A DNA stretch of 64,000 bases. It comes from Podarcis liolepis (Eukaryota). The DNA lies in NCBI GenBank assembly GCA_965112155.1, contig OZ218112.1. One strand, 5' to 3'. A program made the translations under genes and the position numbers. Under the pieces are notes generated by a model. The model was not told where the DNA came from. It ran no database searches and was given only the letters and a program-made list of their open reading frames with translations. Shown here piece by piece: positions 1 to 51,768 of the stretch; positions within the stretch are counted from its first letter, which is position 1; each line of letters opens with the position of its first letter.

Positions 1-3000
1 CTGCACCAGATTCCCCAGGTGGGCCCTATCTCATCCCAATTAGATCACAGCAAGAGACTCTCTTGTGAGGAAACAGCAAGTGCTGATCTCCGACTCTGTT
101 CCTCTGGGAGCCAGTGCCCCAATATTCTAGTGCAGGAGGAATAAACAGTGATAATTGTTTTAATTACTGCTGTGATCCAGCCGTTTGGAAGGGAACCGGG
201 ACAGCCCCAGAGAGAATGCTGTTATTATGCTGTCATTTTCCAGCTGCCTTCCTCCACCGGGGTAGTAATTTTAAGGTCGTTGTGTGCAGCAAGGGATTAT
301 TTAAAATGTTAGCGTGCATGTTCCACGCTGAGCACGGCCTGCGGTGTGTAAGCAACCCCTCAATTTCCTCTGAAGCCAAAGTCACAATGACAGGTGCGTC
401 CCCAAACAAAGCAAAAGTCCCAGTGTCTAACAGTAACTGGCGCTGTTACGTAAGACTCATTCCCCATTTGTAATGAATTAATGTTTCAATGTGGGAGCCC
501 CCACATTTTGGAGCTTCTTACCCATTGACACCAGGCAGCCACCTTCACTGTACTCCTTCCGACACCTGCTTAAAACATTTTTGCTAAAGCAATCCTATCC
601 AGCCCAGGGAGAGTCAACACATGTTTTAATCTGGTGTTTTGCTTATCATTGATTTTATTTTTATTTTTTTCTAAAGGCTTTAAAATGTTCTTTTCAACTG
701 TTTTTTTTTTTTACTGATGATTTCATTGTATGTTTTTTTGTAAACCGCTTTGAGATTTATTTATTTTTACAGTCAAGCAGTATGTAAAGTTTATGGAATA
801 AGTAATTTGAATTAAGGTTTATCCATCACCTTTCTTGCACATACAAAATCCTCCCATTTTAGTTAACGTCAAGAAGCAGGGAAAAAGCAAGAGGTGAAAA
901 GGTAAGTTGCATTTGGAACTCAGTGCAGCAGATGGCATCCCTCGGGTCCCATTTTATCAGGCTGGCTGTCTTGCATAATCCTGAAACTGGGCCATTTGTG
1001 TGGTGGAGCAGCATTTGCCCTTTGGATCTCCCTCCAGTTAGAGGTCATTCAGGCGCAGCTTCCATTGTCTTTTCAGCACCTAAGGAGAAATCCCCGGTGG
1101 TATCTTGAGCATGGTTTGAACTGTGGAAAAGCGGCATACAAACAAAATGACGTCTGTCTGTCAGTCTATGTCATCTGTTCTGACTACGAAGCTGCTTTGA
1201 TTGATGCAACTGTCTTAATTATATAACTGTCTTGTTATATTTGCAGTTGCTTTACATATGATGTTAGGTATTATGAAATAGCTTTAGGGCACTTCATAAA
1301 AAGTGATTTGTAAATGAAATTTGCCATCAGCATTGCAGAGCACTTCCAGTGGTGGCTCCCCATTTGTGGGCTGCTTTCGCTAGCAAGGCTTGCTTGTCTT
1401 CATCGTTGCTTTCAGGAGGAATTTTGAAATACTCTTCCCTCAAGCCCTTGGTGGCTGAAGAATATTGTTCCTAGCAACCTTAAGACAATAGGATGGAATA
1501 ATGTTTCAAATCGCAGTGCTTTTAGAGGTTTTTAATTCTAATTGTTTTTAGAATGTTTTGTCTGTTTTAGAATGCTTTTGCATTCTAGATAGGTTCTAGA
1601 TAGTGTTCTGTTTGCTACCCTAGGCTCTTTGCAGAAGAAGAGAAGGGTACAGATAAACAGCATCATCATCCTCCAATCATAATTGCATTTTTGTGTTTTA
1701 GCAGTGCATCCTTCTTTCTTCCCCATCTTGTCTGGATGCATCCAGGGTTTGTCTGATGCATGGAACTTGCCCTTTTCCCTGCTCAGCTGACGATTCAAAC
1801 ATCTAGTGCAGCTCCCGTCATTGCCATTAAAATTGCTTGGAAATCTTGAGCAATCAGCTTTTTAATAGCTCTGTTCTTCTAGCTTAATGATGCTTAATTA
1901 CCCTTGCTCATCAAGGACCATGCAGCTTAATTAATATGTGCAAATTGCATTGGTGTTCTTGCCAGCCTCATTGGTGTATGCCAGAAGCCAGTCCAGACCT
2001 CAATGAAGTGAGCATCAGAGCAGAGTTCCAAGCATTATCTTTAGCAATAACAAATGTTGCATTGATTTATTGATTTGTACAATGACTATCCCAGCTTTCA
2101 GCATCAAGTGGCCTGAAGGATGCAACCCGGTAAATCATTCAAGTAAACACAATTTTACATCAGCTGTAGCTTTTTGGCTAGCTGTGATCAGCTGAAAAAT
2201 AAAGCCGCTCCCGTCCAGCCTTATTATATCAGTGCATTGTGGGCAATGACCACATGACCGACTCAGTCCTTGGTACCAGGTGGTTGCATCCAATGCTCAT
2301 CTGACTCAAATCACGAAATTAATAGGCATAGCTTCATGAGTGCCCAAATGCAGGTCATGCTGTACTAAAAATGTCAAGACAACTTGACTACAACCAAATG
2401 CTTGCGTAATTCAGGCTACCATCACCTTTCAGAAACAAAAGCTTTACATCAGCAGATATTTTTTCCAAAGCTCAGTGGAAATGAAGACACTTGAGACTCT
2501 GCAGTAGCCTTTTTGGAAAGCTCCCTGTCTTCAAATTTTTTTCTGTAACACGATGTCCTTGTGGGAAGGGGTTTAGGCCCACCAGGGTAGGTGGGATGGA
2601 ACTTAATTAAAACTTAATTAAAAAGGCAACTGACAATGAATGCTTGAACCTGTTTGACCAGTTAGGAAGTGCTTCTCTGAGTCAGTTTGGAAGATGGGGA
2701 GGGAGCAACCCTGGTGACGTGCTTGGTTTTTTAAATTAAATTTGCTATTTTAAAAAATGCTTCCTAAGGGCTGCTCAAAGTGGGATTTCATTTCTCTGAG
2801 CAAATATTCTTCACCAACACCACAGTCCTAAATCAGGCCATGTCACCAACTGCTTTTGAAAGTAAAAAATAGATTGCCATTCTTTGTGGGGGTGTTGATA
2901 TAAAGATGGATGGATCTGCAGAAAGTTTGCTTTATCATTTTTCACATCTTAAGCTTGGTTCTGCATTGGCATGTTTTAACAAAAGAATTCTGTTGAAAAT

Positions 3001-3145
3001 TCACCAGCGTTTTAGTGTATATTTCTGCTAACATTCACAATTCTGCTTGCAATTTTCCCTAATATGATTATGTCTTTATACATTATTTCCACTAATATCA
3101 TCATATACTTTCCCTTAAAATATGCATTCATGTATGCATTTTCCT

Positions 3146-3358
3146 TTCTTCTTCTTCTTTGGCAATCACTCGTAGCCGAGTTAGATTGTCTTCCATAAAG
3201 ACGGTTTTAACAGTGAGTCTGTAAGTGACTGTGGAGGCCAATTCTGGATCCCCACGACCTTCCACAGTGGGGACATTGGTTTCTGGGCAGATTTGCCAAG
3301 CTCGCCTTCCTCTTAGCACGTTTCTCCCTTGCGTCCTCAGTTTGAGCGTCTTCAAAGA
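3146..3358 (-). mobile_element. Putative RTE-clade LINE-derived fragment
   Basis: (TTC)n followed by ggcaatcactcgtagccgag...ttgtcttccat, resembling recalled RTE-type termini; no ORF support. Confidence 0.35.
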
Positions 3359-3486
3359 TAAGCTCTACCAAAAGTAGTTCAGCTGAAATGATCTAAGGCT
3401 CTAAACCATGTTCATTTGTTTTAATGGGTTTACTTGGACTCCAATGGAGAGCTTCATTGCAAATTTGAAGAAGTGTAAGTTTCGAA

Positions 3487-3834
3487 GGGACGCAGGTGGC
3501 GCTGTGGGTTAAACCACAGAGTCTAGGCCTTGCCCATGAGAAGGTCAGCGGTTCGAATCCCCGCGACGGGGTGAGCTCCCGTTGCTCAGTCCCTGCTTCT
3601 GCCAACCTAGCAGTTCGAAAGCACGTCAAAGTGCAAGTAGATAAATAGGTACCGCTCCGGCGGGAAGGTAAACGGCATTTCTGTGCACTGCTCTGGTTCG
3701 CCAGAAGTGGCTTAGTCATGCTGGCCACATGACCCGGAAGCTGTACACTGGCTCCCTCAGCCAATAGATGAGCGCCGCAACCCCAGAGTCGGTCACGACT
3801 GGACCTAATGGTCAGGGGTCCCTTTACCTTTACC
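3487..3834 (+). mobile_element. Sauria SINE (Squam1/POM-type), full length
   Basis: GGGACGCAGGTGGCGCTGTGGGTTAAACC head with B box GGTTCGAATCC, (ACCTTT)n tail, 11-bp TSD TAAGTTTCGAA at 3476-3486 and 3835-3845. Confidence 0.9.
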
Positions 3835-4265
3835 TAAGTTTCGAAACAAAGTCTATGTTTCAGTTTGCTAATTGTTTCAGGGATTTGTAGATTATTCGGA
3901 AAATTATTGTTAACAACTAAGTTCATTAGCAGGATTAATCTAGAACAAGCAGTTAAGGAAAACATAGAGAATAACTAATAAATGAAACTAAGTGGGAGAT
4001 GCAGTATTGAAAATTAAAACATAAGAAACCACAGAAGAGGGTGGGATGGAAGTCAAATTATATTTTTTATTGGGAAATCTAATTAATCCGTATGATTGTT
4101 TAAAAAATTCAAAAATATTGAATAAAATATTTTTAAAAATTGTTTCAGGGTGCATGAATTGTGTCAAAATGCAAACCAAAACTGATTTATCCCACCCATC
4201 CCTGGTCTGATAATCAAGAAATAAGAGCCAAAATTATATGAAGTTAACTACAGAACATCTTATTC

Positions 4266-4602
4266 CAGACCCTCCAAGGGTCCCTATTTTCCAGGGACAT
4301 CCCTGATTTAAAGAAGTTGTCCCAGTTTCTGATTTGATCCCAGAATGTCCCCCTTTTGCTTAGGATGTCCCACTGGAGAAATGTTGGAAGGTATAGAGTT
4401 ATCCATCCCCAAGTTGTCTGAAGGCAATTCTGTATAGGGAAGGGTTTTTTAAATGTTTAATGTTATATTATGTTTTTATATATGTTGGAAGTTTCCCAGA
4501 GTGGCTGGGGCAACCCAGTGAGATGGGTGGGGTATAAATAGTAAAATTATCATTAGGGAATGGGACATCCCTATTTTCATCGGAGAAATGTTGGAGGGTT
4601 TG
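4266..4602. mobile_element. Non-autonomous DNA transposon (hAT-like MITE) containing an L2 3'-end fragment
   Basis: TIR CAGACCCTCCAA / TTGGAGGGTTTG, internal TGTCCC repeats; ~4415-4550 is similar to the L2 3' end at 55530-55660; partial second copy at 6597-6741. Confidence 0.6.
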
Positions 4603-5632
4603 TTATTTATGTATTGAATGTATATCCTGCCCTTCTGAAGAAGCCGAGGATGGCAAACAAATTCACACAAAAAATTAAAAAGCAAAATCTTTCTAGAATG
4701 GTTAAAACATTATATTTTAAAAATTACAATTAAAAACATCTAAACTCAGTTGCAAGCATTCTAGAACAGTTTTTTAAAAAATGATTCTATCCAATGATCT
4801 TAGGGTAGCCAGGAACAGTATTCAAATACTGTTTTCAAGTACATCTTGAATATTAATAATAATGGAGACAGGTAAGCCTTGCTAGGGAGAGCATTCCACA
4901 CCCAAGGAGTCACCACTGAGAAGGCCCTTTCATGGGTCACCACCAACAAGGCCTCAGAGGCCAATTGAAGAGTTTGAGGTGGTTTGTGTTAGGGAAGGTG
5001 CTGTTGCAGGCATTCCTGCATCTCAGCCGCAAACATCTTCTGACCTGAGGTGGTGATGAATGTTTCTCTCTGCACAACTGCTCCCTTTCAGATCTTGACT
5101 CTTTGGTCCAGGAATTAAAGTATGTTAACTGTGTTAGGTTCAAAAGGAGGATTCAAAGGACACACAAGCAGAGTCTTCTCTCCCGTTTAAGGAGAACAGG
5201 GAAAGAACTTCTGCTTTGTGTAATAGAGACTTCTGGGGCTGCAGGTTGTGGTTGCATAAGTGGAACAGGAATTTCTGGGCTCCAGCTAAGTGCCCTATAA
5301 CAAATTACGCATAAGGTGTTTCTTTATGTTTAAACAAAAATGGATTAAAATTATTTCTTTTTTTAAGAAAAGAATTGGTTGGACCTGTGAGACTCAGAGC
5401 CATAAAGCCCACTAGGTGACTTTGGTCCCAACCTTGTTTCTTAGCCTAACCTACTTCATGAATTGGGAAGGCCTAGAGAACCACGAACACTGAGCTTGAA
5501 GGAAAAGTGGAAAATAAATGAAACAAACAAAAGTTCCTTATTTACTGTACTGAAACAATATTGTTAATCTTCTTGATCGCTGTGTTGTTTACCTCGCTGG
5601 CTTCCCCCCCCCCCCTCTTTCCCTTCCAATAG

Positions 5633-25106
<19,474 letters not shown>

Positions 25107-26590
25107 AACAACAGGACTGAGTTATGCCAGTAGATCTTTGAAGGAGGTCCTTCCTTGGTCCTTGGGGTTATGACTGGTTTTGCAGGAATGATTAATTAAA
25201 ACTTTGGGATTTGATAACAAGAGGAATCTACCAAAGCAAAGGGCTCTGCAAAAGAAAGTGAATGAGATGTTATAAGAATATTTAAAAAATGGGGGGAGAG
25301 GGGAAGTTTACATGCTTTCTCTTTGACACATCCCATACTATGGGGGGGGGGGGCGACAGGATATAGTTCCTAGCATAGAAAACTAGTGTTGTAGCAGATA
25401 TATGGGAATAGCTCATCTTCCCAAATAGATAGCTCATACATCACCAAACAGCTTGGCAGTGTGACATTTTTCTTTTAGGGGAAAGACTAAAAAGGGGGTG
25501 ATTAGTTTGTTATAATTATCTAAACAATGACATGATTGGGTGTGTGTGTCATTTTATAGCACGTATTTAAGTATTCCCTTCTTTCTACATACCGTAGGTT
25601 CCAGCATGGAGATGTATTTTTTTAAGCCATCAGGTAAATGCCACAAGTATTGCTAATAACTCCAAGTGTATCACAAAAAGAAGGGCAAGTGCCATTTTCA
25701 AATGCTGAGATCTAGCAATACTAAAGATTTTAGCTAGGGGGTCCCATGGCTAAGTACTACCAATATCTGATTCAAGTTAGATATTGCTTATTAACAGTTC
25801 TCAGGCCTGAATGCTTTGCACTTTTACAGCATGACGACTAGCAGTGGTCTTTCAAGTGCTTTTAATACATGAACTGTACCGGGATCCCGTTCTTACTTTC
25901 CATATATATCTAAGCAAGTTATAATGCACTAGACCGGGAGAAAAAGTAACCTGTCTTTATCTGGGAATCTCTGCTAACTCCTGGTTCTGCCCAATAACAA
26001 TAACTACTCAGAATTTCAGGAATCTGCCAGTGGGGTTAAGTGGTCAGTGCACACCACCCAAAGAAAAAGCTAGCCAGGAAGGTCTTTTTGCCTCCTTGTC
26101 CTAAATGTCGCCTGGTTTCAAAAATAATCCACTTGCAAGCCTGAAATTTAACTGTCCCTTTGTTGTGTATGCATGCATACTTTTGGGCTACCCAGTGTAC
26201 ATGGGACGCAGTCTCCTTTCGGGGGCGAATGGAGAGAAACCACCATTAAAAAGCCACCTTTTCTACAAAAGAGGCGTTCATGGGGTGTGTGCTTTCTCTG
26301 ACACCATAGTTCCAATGAAGAAGCAATGGATACAGAGCTTTCCGCACACATAGCTGGGAGGCTTACAAGCTCCAGGCAGCCTCTCCAAGGATTCTCCTTT
26401 CATCCTTGGAGGAGACCTGGAAGCTCTTATGGCCACCTGGCCCACCCTCCCACAGACCATATGTAGGATTGTGCCCCAAAGCACAGAAAAAGCAGAATGC
26501 TCATCTTTCCCCTTGAGCACATGACGGCTTTAGAAGTAGAGCATCACAGAAATGAGGATGAGGACCAAACAAGATTACAGAACTTAAATA

Positions 26591-26596
26591 TTTATT
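26591..26596 (-). terminator. Candidate distal poly(A) signal of STK26 (3' UTR ~26570-28836)
   Basis: AATAAA on the - strand (tttatt on +) at the end of an AU-rich 3' UTR-like stretch; further AATAAA hexamers occur near 26813 and 27054. Confidence 0.5.
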
Positions 26597-28836
26597 TCTT
26601 TAAACCATTCAACCTTCTGCTGCCCCCTTGCCTGCCCTCCCCCCAGCCCCCAAAAAAACACTGAAAGGAGCTTCATCTATAAACAGATTTACAGGCCTAA
26701 TAGCTACAGAGAAGAGCACTAGAGTTCTGTTTCAGTGATGCAGTTATTTTGTGAAGCTTCAGATCAACTGTATATTTACAACATTTGCTGCTTTTACATT
26801 TATAAAAATATTTTTATTTAATCCATAACATTATTGTTTTCAAAAACTATGCCCAGACTTTCCCCCCCTCAGATATAAATTTTAATTGTGTTTCAGTTAT
26901 ATAGCGATGAAAGCTTTTTTTTTAAACAAACATTTCTTTAAAATTAAAACAAATGAGTTAAAGTATATATATATTTTTTACAGTGTAGGCACCATTGAAA
27001 ATAATTGCCCTTGGCATTTCTAAACCACCATCTGTCGCCAGTGTCTTTATATCTTTATTTATTTCTTTTTTTTTTAAACGATGTAATGGCAACTTTTAAA
27101 CTAAGGGAAAAAAATCAGTATTTGCTTGCATTCCTTTAACGCTTTTCAATATTTGGCAGATATATTTCAAATCCTTTAAATGACTTTTGTGCAAAAACAA
27201 AAAATGTGCAGATCCAAACCATAAAATTAAACACATCCAGACTTTTTATCAAAAATAAATTTACACCAACAGTTCCACAGCTAAGGACTGAAATACAACC
27301 CCACTTCAAACTTCAGCATAATATACAAAATGGGTTGAAAGGGGGGGGGGGGAAGATATTACCCAATCTAAACAGTACCATAAATATATAATTGAAAGCA
27401 AGTTTATAATTTTAGCTACCTTTTATGAAAAAAAAATCACTCTGTACTGCACAGTACTATCTTTTTGAGAAAGAATATCTATAACTCAGTTATTTGCATA
27501 TTAACTGCTAAATACGTATTTAAAATACATAGGGGTGGGGAAGAGGAATTAAACATGGTAATGCACTGCATGTAAATGTCTTTAAGAACGTAAGTGTATA
27601 AATATCTTACAGGATAGAACACCACCACACAAAACGCTGGTGTCACACACTTATACCTTCTGGTGAGGTATTTCATCGCATGCCACGGTATTCCCATAGG
27701 TCCCCTGCCCTAAACAAAGAATGAGCTACTTCCCCCTCCCGAATCTTACTAAAGAATGAAGAAATGATTAAATTAAGCCAGATTTCTGTGTGTGTCCATT
27801 ATTGCAGAAAGCCCCCTGCTCTTCATCTGTATTGCTTTAAAATTTTCCTTACCATGATGAATGACTATTTGAAATCCTGCCCTAAAGGGTAATACGTACA
27901 AACTGTACACTAAGCTATATCAGTCACTACATGTTAACTTGCAAAGCTAATGACATATTGCTCTCAAAATGTAGGTGATTACAGAGCTGCCTAAAACACT
28001 GTACCCATTTTTCAAAAGAATAGTGTTGCTTGGTGACACCAACTTGGATAAAATATTGGGGGAAGGGCGCTCCAGGAAAGCCGTGCCCCCCATCATTGGT
28101 CACATGACATGGTGACACCCCTCCATATGAATGGCATTGCCAACCAACTTTGGGGGCCTGGCCTGCTCAAATATTTTATCGGGGGCGCCGAAGGGACCTC
28201 GGCCCCTAAGAGTTAGCTCCTATGTTGTTGCAGGTATTACATTTACAGGGGCCTAAATAAAGACTACTATGGTGTTTGAGCAAGTGCTATAGCCACATCC
28301 TATAGGTTAAGGTGCTCTCGTATATTTTCCTGTAAAAAGCTGTTTTGAAGTCTAGTTTTAGTGACTCAGAAGAACTGTATCTTATGTGGACATAAAAAGA
28401 AACAAGACTCATCTCTGGAGAGTAACGAATTGTTGTTGAAACACAGCATGTGCACTTCCTATGAACTCAAGTGCATTCCATTGATCTCTGGTCAACCCAG
28501 ATCCTGCGCGTGGAGATTGGCATTCCACTGGTTATATCTAGAAGCAAAGCTGCACCTCACCGTTTTTGTTTTTTGTTTTAAACTGGATTAAATAAGTGAA
28601 AACTACAATATTAAAAGTTGCTCTTTACAAAAAAGAATGTCCTGGAAATACAAAAAAGCATGTATACCCATCACAAAATAGTGGAATTAAGTCCTTTCAA
28701 ATCTGCGATCATCATATATGTTGCAATGATCCAAAAGGCACAAGGAGCTCATGAACAAAGCATTGCCAAGCTTATAGTAGGTTTTGGTGGGCTATTACTG
28801 GGTCCATATGGAACAGCATCATTGATAGAAAGTTTC

Positions 28837-47831
<18,995 letters not shown>

Positions 47832-47957
47832 CTGAAGGGAGTGGGAGGAGGGCACAAAAAGAAAATAGTAAGTGAGGTTTCTGCCTTTTCTCTCTCCAAG
47901 ACTGAGGATTTTAATTCATATCAAGGGAATTATAATAAAGAGGGGGGATATACTGAC

Positions 47958-48432
47958 TAGCACTGGGCAATATTATCAATATATCACCCAGGACCAGTAT
48001 GGGGAGGGGGGAGAGACTGCAATGACAGCTTCACTCAGTGGTATATCGCTGGTGAAACTGCCACAGCTCTTGAGCCCCCTGCCTCCAGTGCCTGGCCAAG
48101 GAGCCCCGGGTTCCCTGCCAGCTGTGTGTGAGTGGAGCGGGGGGGGGGCTCATAGCTGGCTCCCCTGCCCCCCAGCAAAGCCTGGCCAAGGAGCCCCAAG
48201 TCCTCTGCTGGTTGAGTGCAAGCGGTGGAGGACTCGGGGCTCCCCCAGCTGAGCAGCAGGCTGGGCCAGCTGTATCGGCCACAGCCCACAAGGCGTGAAG
48301 GGGAAGCTCCCAAGGATGAGAGCTACGGCAGTTTCACCCAGCACCTTGTTGGCTGGGGCCAATGCAGTTTTTTACCGCGATGTTTGGCTGCGATACACCG
48401 TGATGTTGAAAACTCAGCATCACCCAGCCATA
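47958..48432. mobile_element. hAT-like MITE with GC-rich internal repeats
   Basis: Perfect 8-bp TSD ATACTGAC (47950-47957, 48433-48440); imperfect TIR TAGCACTGGGCAAT / ATCACCCAGCCATA; internal repeat GCCTGGCCAAGGAGCCCC. Confidence 0.8.
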
Positions 48433-49499
48433 ATACTGACAAGTCCACCCTGACATTCAGCACCAAATAAATCCCAAATTCTTTAAACTAAGCCGAGTGT
48501 GTGTGTGATCTCCTAATCTTTGTGTAACATTTCACACAGCTTGAAGGGATGGAGAATGAAATGGTAATGAAAAGTGATGGAAAGTTCTCTCTGACCACAA
48601 CAGCAAGAAAACTGTCTTGTAATTGAGGCAAGAATCTGTGTAAATTACTAATCCCATTTATTAACATGAACTGCTAATTTCATTATCTGATATTGGTCAC
48701 ACAGATTTCCGAAACCCTCAAAGATAGTCTTTTTAATTACAGTCACCAATTGCAGCTGTGACACTACCCAGCTGAAGGAAAATCAGCAAAAGATTTGTGT
48801 ATTTTAGAAAGGACTGTGAGGAACCTTAGCAACAACTCAGAAAAGTTATAATAATGAAAAGAAAGGCTTCAGATTGTCACAGCAGCAATAATCTACCATT
48901 AACTGGGGGCATGTGATCATTGTCTACAAAAGGAGGGATTTATTAAAATTCTGTCTGTGAACAATAGATAACCACAAAGTACATGCATACATAAGATGGA
49001 AGAATCACCCATCATGTCTTTGTGAGGTTCAAAAAACCAAAACCCAGTCAAAGCAATTTATGTAATTTCCAGCAAAACCAACAAAAAGAGAGCCAGCATG
49101 GTGTAGTGATCAGAGAATGGGATTGGTACCTACAAGACCAGGGTCCCAGTCCCAACTCTGAGTGACTTGGCCAATTTCTGCTTTCAGCCTAACTTGCCTC
49201 ATGCGGTTGTCATGAGGATAAAATGGGGAGTGTGTGTATGCTAAGAACCATGAATGCCACATTAAACTCCTTGAAGAAAATGAAAAAGATATATATGTAA
49301 AAGTAAGATTTAGCTAGGTAACTCATGTTCACTGTTTTTCTAGTTTAAATAAAAAATAAGATTTTATTAAGATTAATGTTAAAATAGATTAGTGTTATCT
49401 TCAATGAAATTCACAAAATAACCAATCAACCCACAGCTGGCTATGAATTTATTTTTGGTTTCAAATAAGAGCATTGCTGGTGACAACAAGGACCTGATA

Positions 49500-49728
49500 C
49501 AGTGGTACCTCAAGATACGAACGGGATCTGTTCCGGAGCCCCGTTTGCATCTAGAGGTAAACATATCTATCGACGGCGTGCCTGTGCACGCGCGCGTTGC
49601 TTTTCGCCGCTTCTGTGCATGCGCAAGTGGCGAAACCCGGAAGTAACGCGCTCCGTTACTTCCGGGTTGCCGCAGAGCGCAACTTGAACTCGCTCAACTT
49701 GAAGCAAATTTAACCCGAGGTATGACTG
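49500..49728. mobile_element. Tc1/mariner-pogo-type MITE, subfamily A
   Basis: TA|CAGTGGTACCTC ... GAGGTATGACTG|TA; internal 15-bp perfect hairpin at 49634-49668. Confidence 0.85.
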
Positions 49729-50098
49729 TAGGTTATTTGTTAATGGCAGTATGTCAAACCCTTGCTAAACTACTTCTAAATAAACTGGTATTTAATTTCT
49801 AATAAATACACTTATAATTGCAGCCTTTAGTATTATTAATCTTAAATGTCAGGGTTGAACTAGAGTCCTTGAGCCATGCAGTTCACATGCTTTGTCGTTA
49901 GACTATAGATTCTTCCTACTGGAGGAGAGAGGATAGGAAATGCTATGAAGGAAAAATAATGCAAATGGTTGAAAATGCTTCCTCCCCTTAAAAAAGCTCA
50001 GTTGAAGGCTACATCGTGCTACATTTCTCACTGGCCCTTTCTTCCAAGAATGGGGATTTGAACCCTGGTCCTCCTAGCCTCAGGTTAACATTCTAAGC

Positions 50099-50569
50099 CA
50101 TGGGTAGGCAAACTAAGGTTCACGGGTCGGATTAGGCCCAATTGTCTTTGGATCCAGCCTGTGGATGGTCTGGGAATCACCGTGTGGATCACCAGCGCAC
50201 GTGCATTCTTTCCCTCTCCCTCCCTCTCCCTCCCACAGCAGCAGCGGCGGCGCCTCCTCCCTCCCTCCTCCTGGCTTCTCCTCACCCTGCCTAGAGGAGG
50301 AAGGGGGCTGGGCTTTGTTGGTGCCAGCAGCAGCAGCACTCGAGTGGCTGCCATTATAAGCAGCCCCTCTCTGGAGCCCTTTCGCGCGCCGCTCATCGTC
50401 CCTCCGCCGTTGCCGCCAGCCCCTGCTGCTCGCAAGACACAGGTAAGCAGCTACTGGGGCTCGTGGTGCTCTTGCATCTCCCCCCCCCAAAAAAAAATAT
50501 AGTCCGGCCCCCCACAAGGTCTGAGAGACAGTGGACCGTCCCCCTGCAGGAAAAGTTTGCTGACCCCTG
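50099..50569. mobile_element. hAT/Charlie-type MITE, same family as 31905-32500
   Basis: TIR CATGGGTAGGCAAACT / AGTTTGCTGACCCCTG; TSD TTCTAAGC / CCCTAAGC. Confidence 0.85.
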
Positions 50570-51768
50570 CCCTAAGCACTATCCCATCACACTGGCTATG
50601 CTAATAGATGCTAGGCAGTAACATTTTGCAACCCAGGAGTTATCTTTCCCAGAAACTTTACTCAGCCCTTTGCAAATACAGAATTGCAAAGGCCCAGGGA
50701 ACTTATGCACTACAAACAAGGCCTGAACCTGGAGCATGTTCCAATTTGTACTTTTTTTTAGTACAAGCCGCAGCAGTTGTGCAACATTCCCAGCTTGCCT
50801 AATTGTTCCTCTTTAGAAACCAGCTGATAATTGCATAGACTATTTCCTTCAGCGCTAAAACTGTTCTAAAGCCTCATGGAATTTTCCACTTCTAACTCTT
50901 CATCCCCAGCTGTACCCCACCCCAAGGACTAGATGCTACCAGAAAAAGGCAAGGGTACTGCTGCAAGAGGAGAATCAGGATGCTTGTAAAAAAATCACCT
51001 CTCAAAGATAAAGAAACCAGCAGGGATTTTTCTTTTCAAGTTTACAAGGAAACATGTGTCAGTTTCCCAGATGTTTAGAAATAATGTAGGTTTTTCCAAA
51101 ACTAGATATACTTTTAGAATCTCCCACTTTAGAAATCTGTTTAAAGACTGTTAGGAGCTGTATGCAAACATCATCTGAGTTGAAATAAAAAAGGCAAACA
51201 TAACCAAATTCAGTAATCCAGCATTTAGCAAGGACTTGTTTCCTTAACCATTACATAAACCAGCAAAAACGTAACATTATGTGTCAGTGATGCTCTTTGC
51301 TATTCAATACACTATGAGAGATAAAAGGGAAGCCAGCCATTCTAGGAGAAGACCCCCTGAACGCAATAGACCTAAGTACCTTGATTTCAATAGGCCTCAT
51401 CTGAGTATGACTTAATAGTGCAAACATCATAGGGTTGTCCTCTTTTTCAGGTCTGGTTGCAACATGAGCTTTTTCCTGCACAGGTTCTCTTTTTCAGGAT
51501 TACAATTTCTGTCCAGGCAGATTTTTAAAATTTGGCAAAATGTCCTGGTTTTTTTTGTTTGGTTTTTTGTTTACACTAATCCAAGATTTTTTACAAAAGA
51601 TAAATACAATTTTTAAAGCCTCGTGTATCACGCTCCCATTTCTCACTGTTTTTCATAAATGGAATATACATGTTAAACAGTTTAATAAATTGTTCTGTGC
51701 ACACTTATGTTCACAAAGGTGTATGTGGCAAGTGAGAGAGAAATATGTATTATTATTATTATTATAAC

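Noticed and set aside
2598-2623. Short tandem duplications (also ~8560, 17569, 38528, 61585) that could mimic repeat-spacer arrays
   Set aside because: These are two-unit slippage duplications with no regular repeat-spacer architecture; there is no CRISPR-like array in this eukaryotic DNA.
3393-3764. 123-aa minus-strand ORF
   Set aside because: Antisense reading of the Sauria SINE; not a gene.
1-5632. Search for FRMD7 first coding exon (MLHLKVQFLDDSQKIFVVD-like)
   Set aside because: No matching frame with a donor site was seen, and ORFs 114..473 and 923..1226 show no similarity; the exon is presumably upstream of the window.
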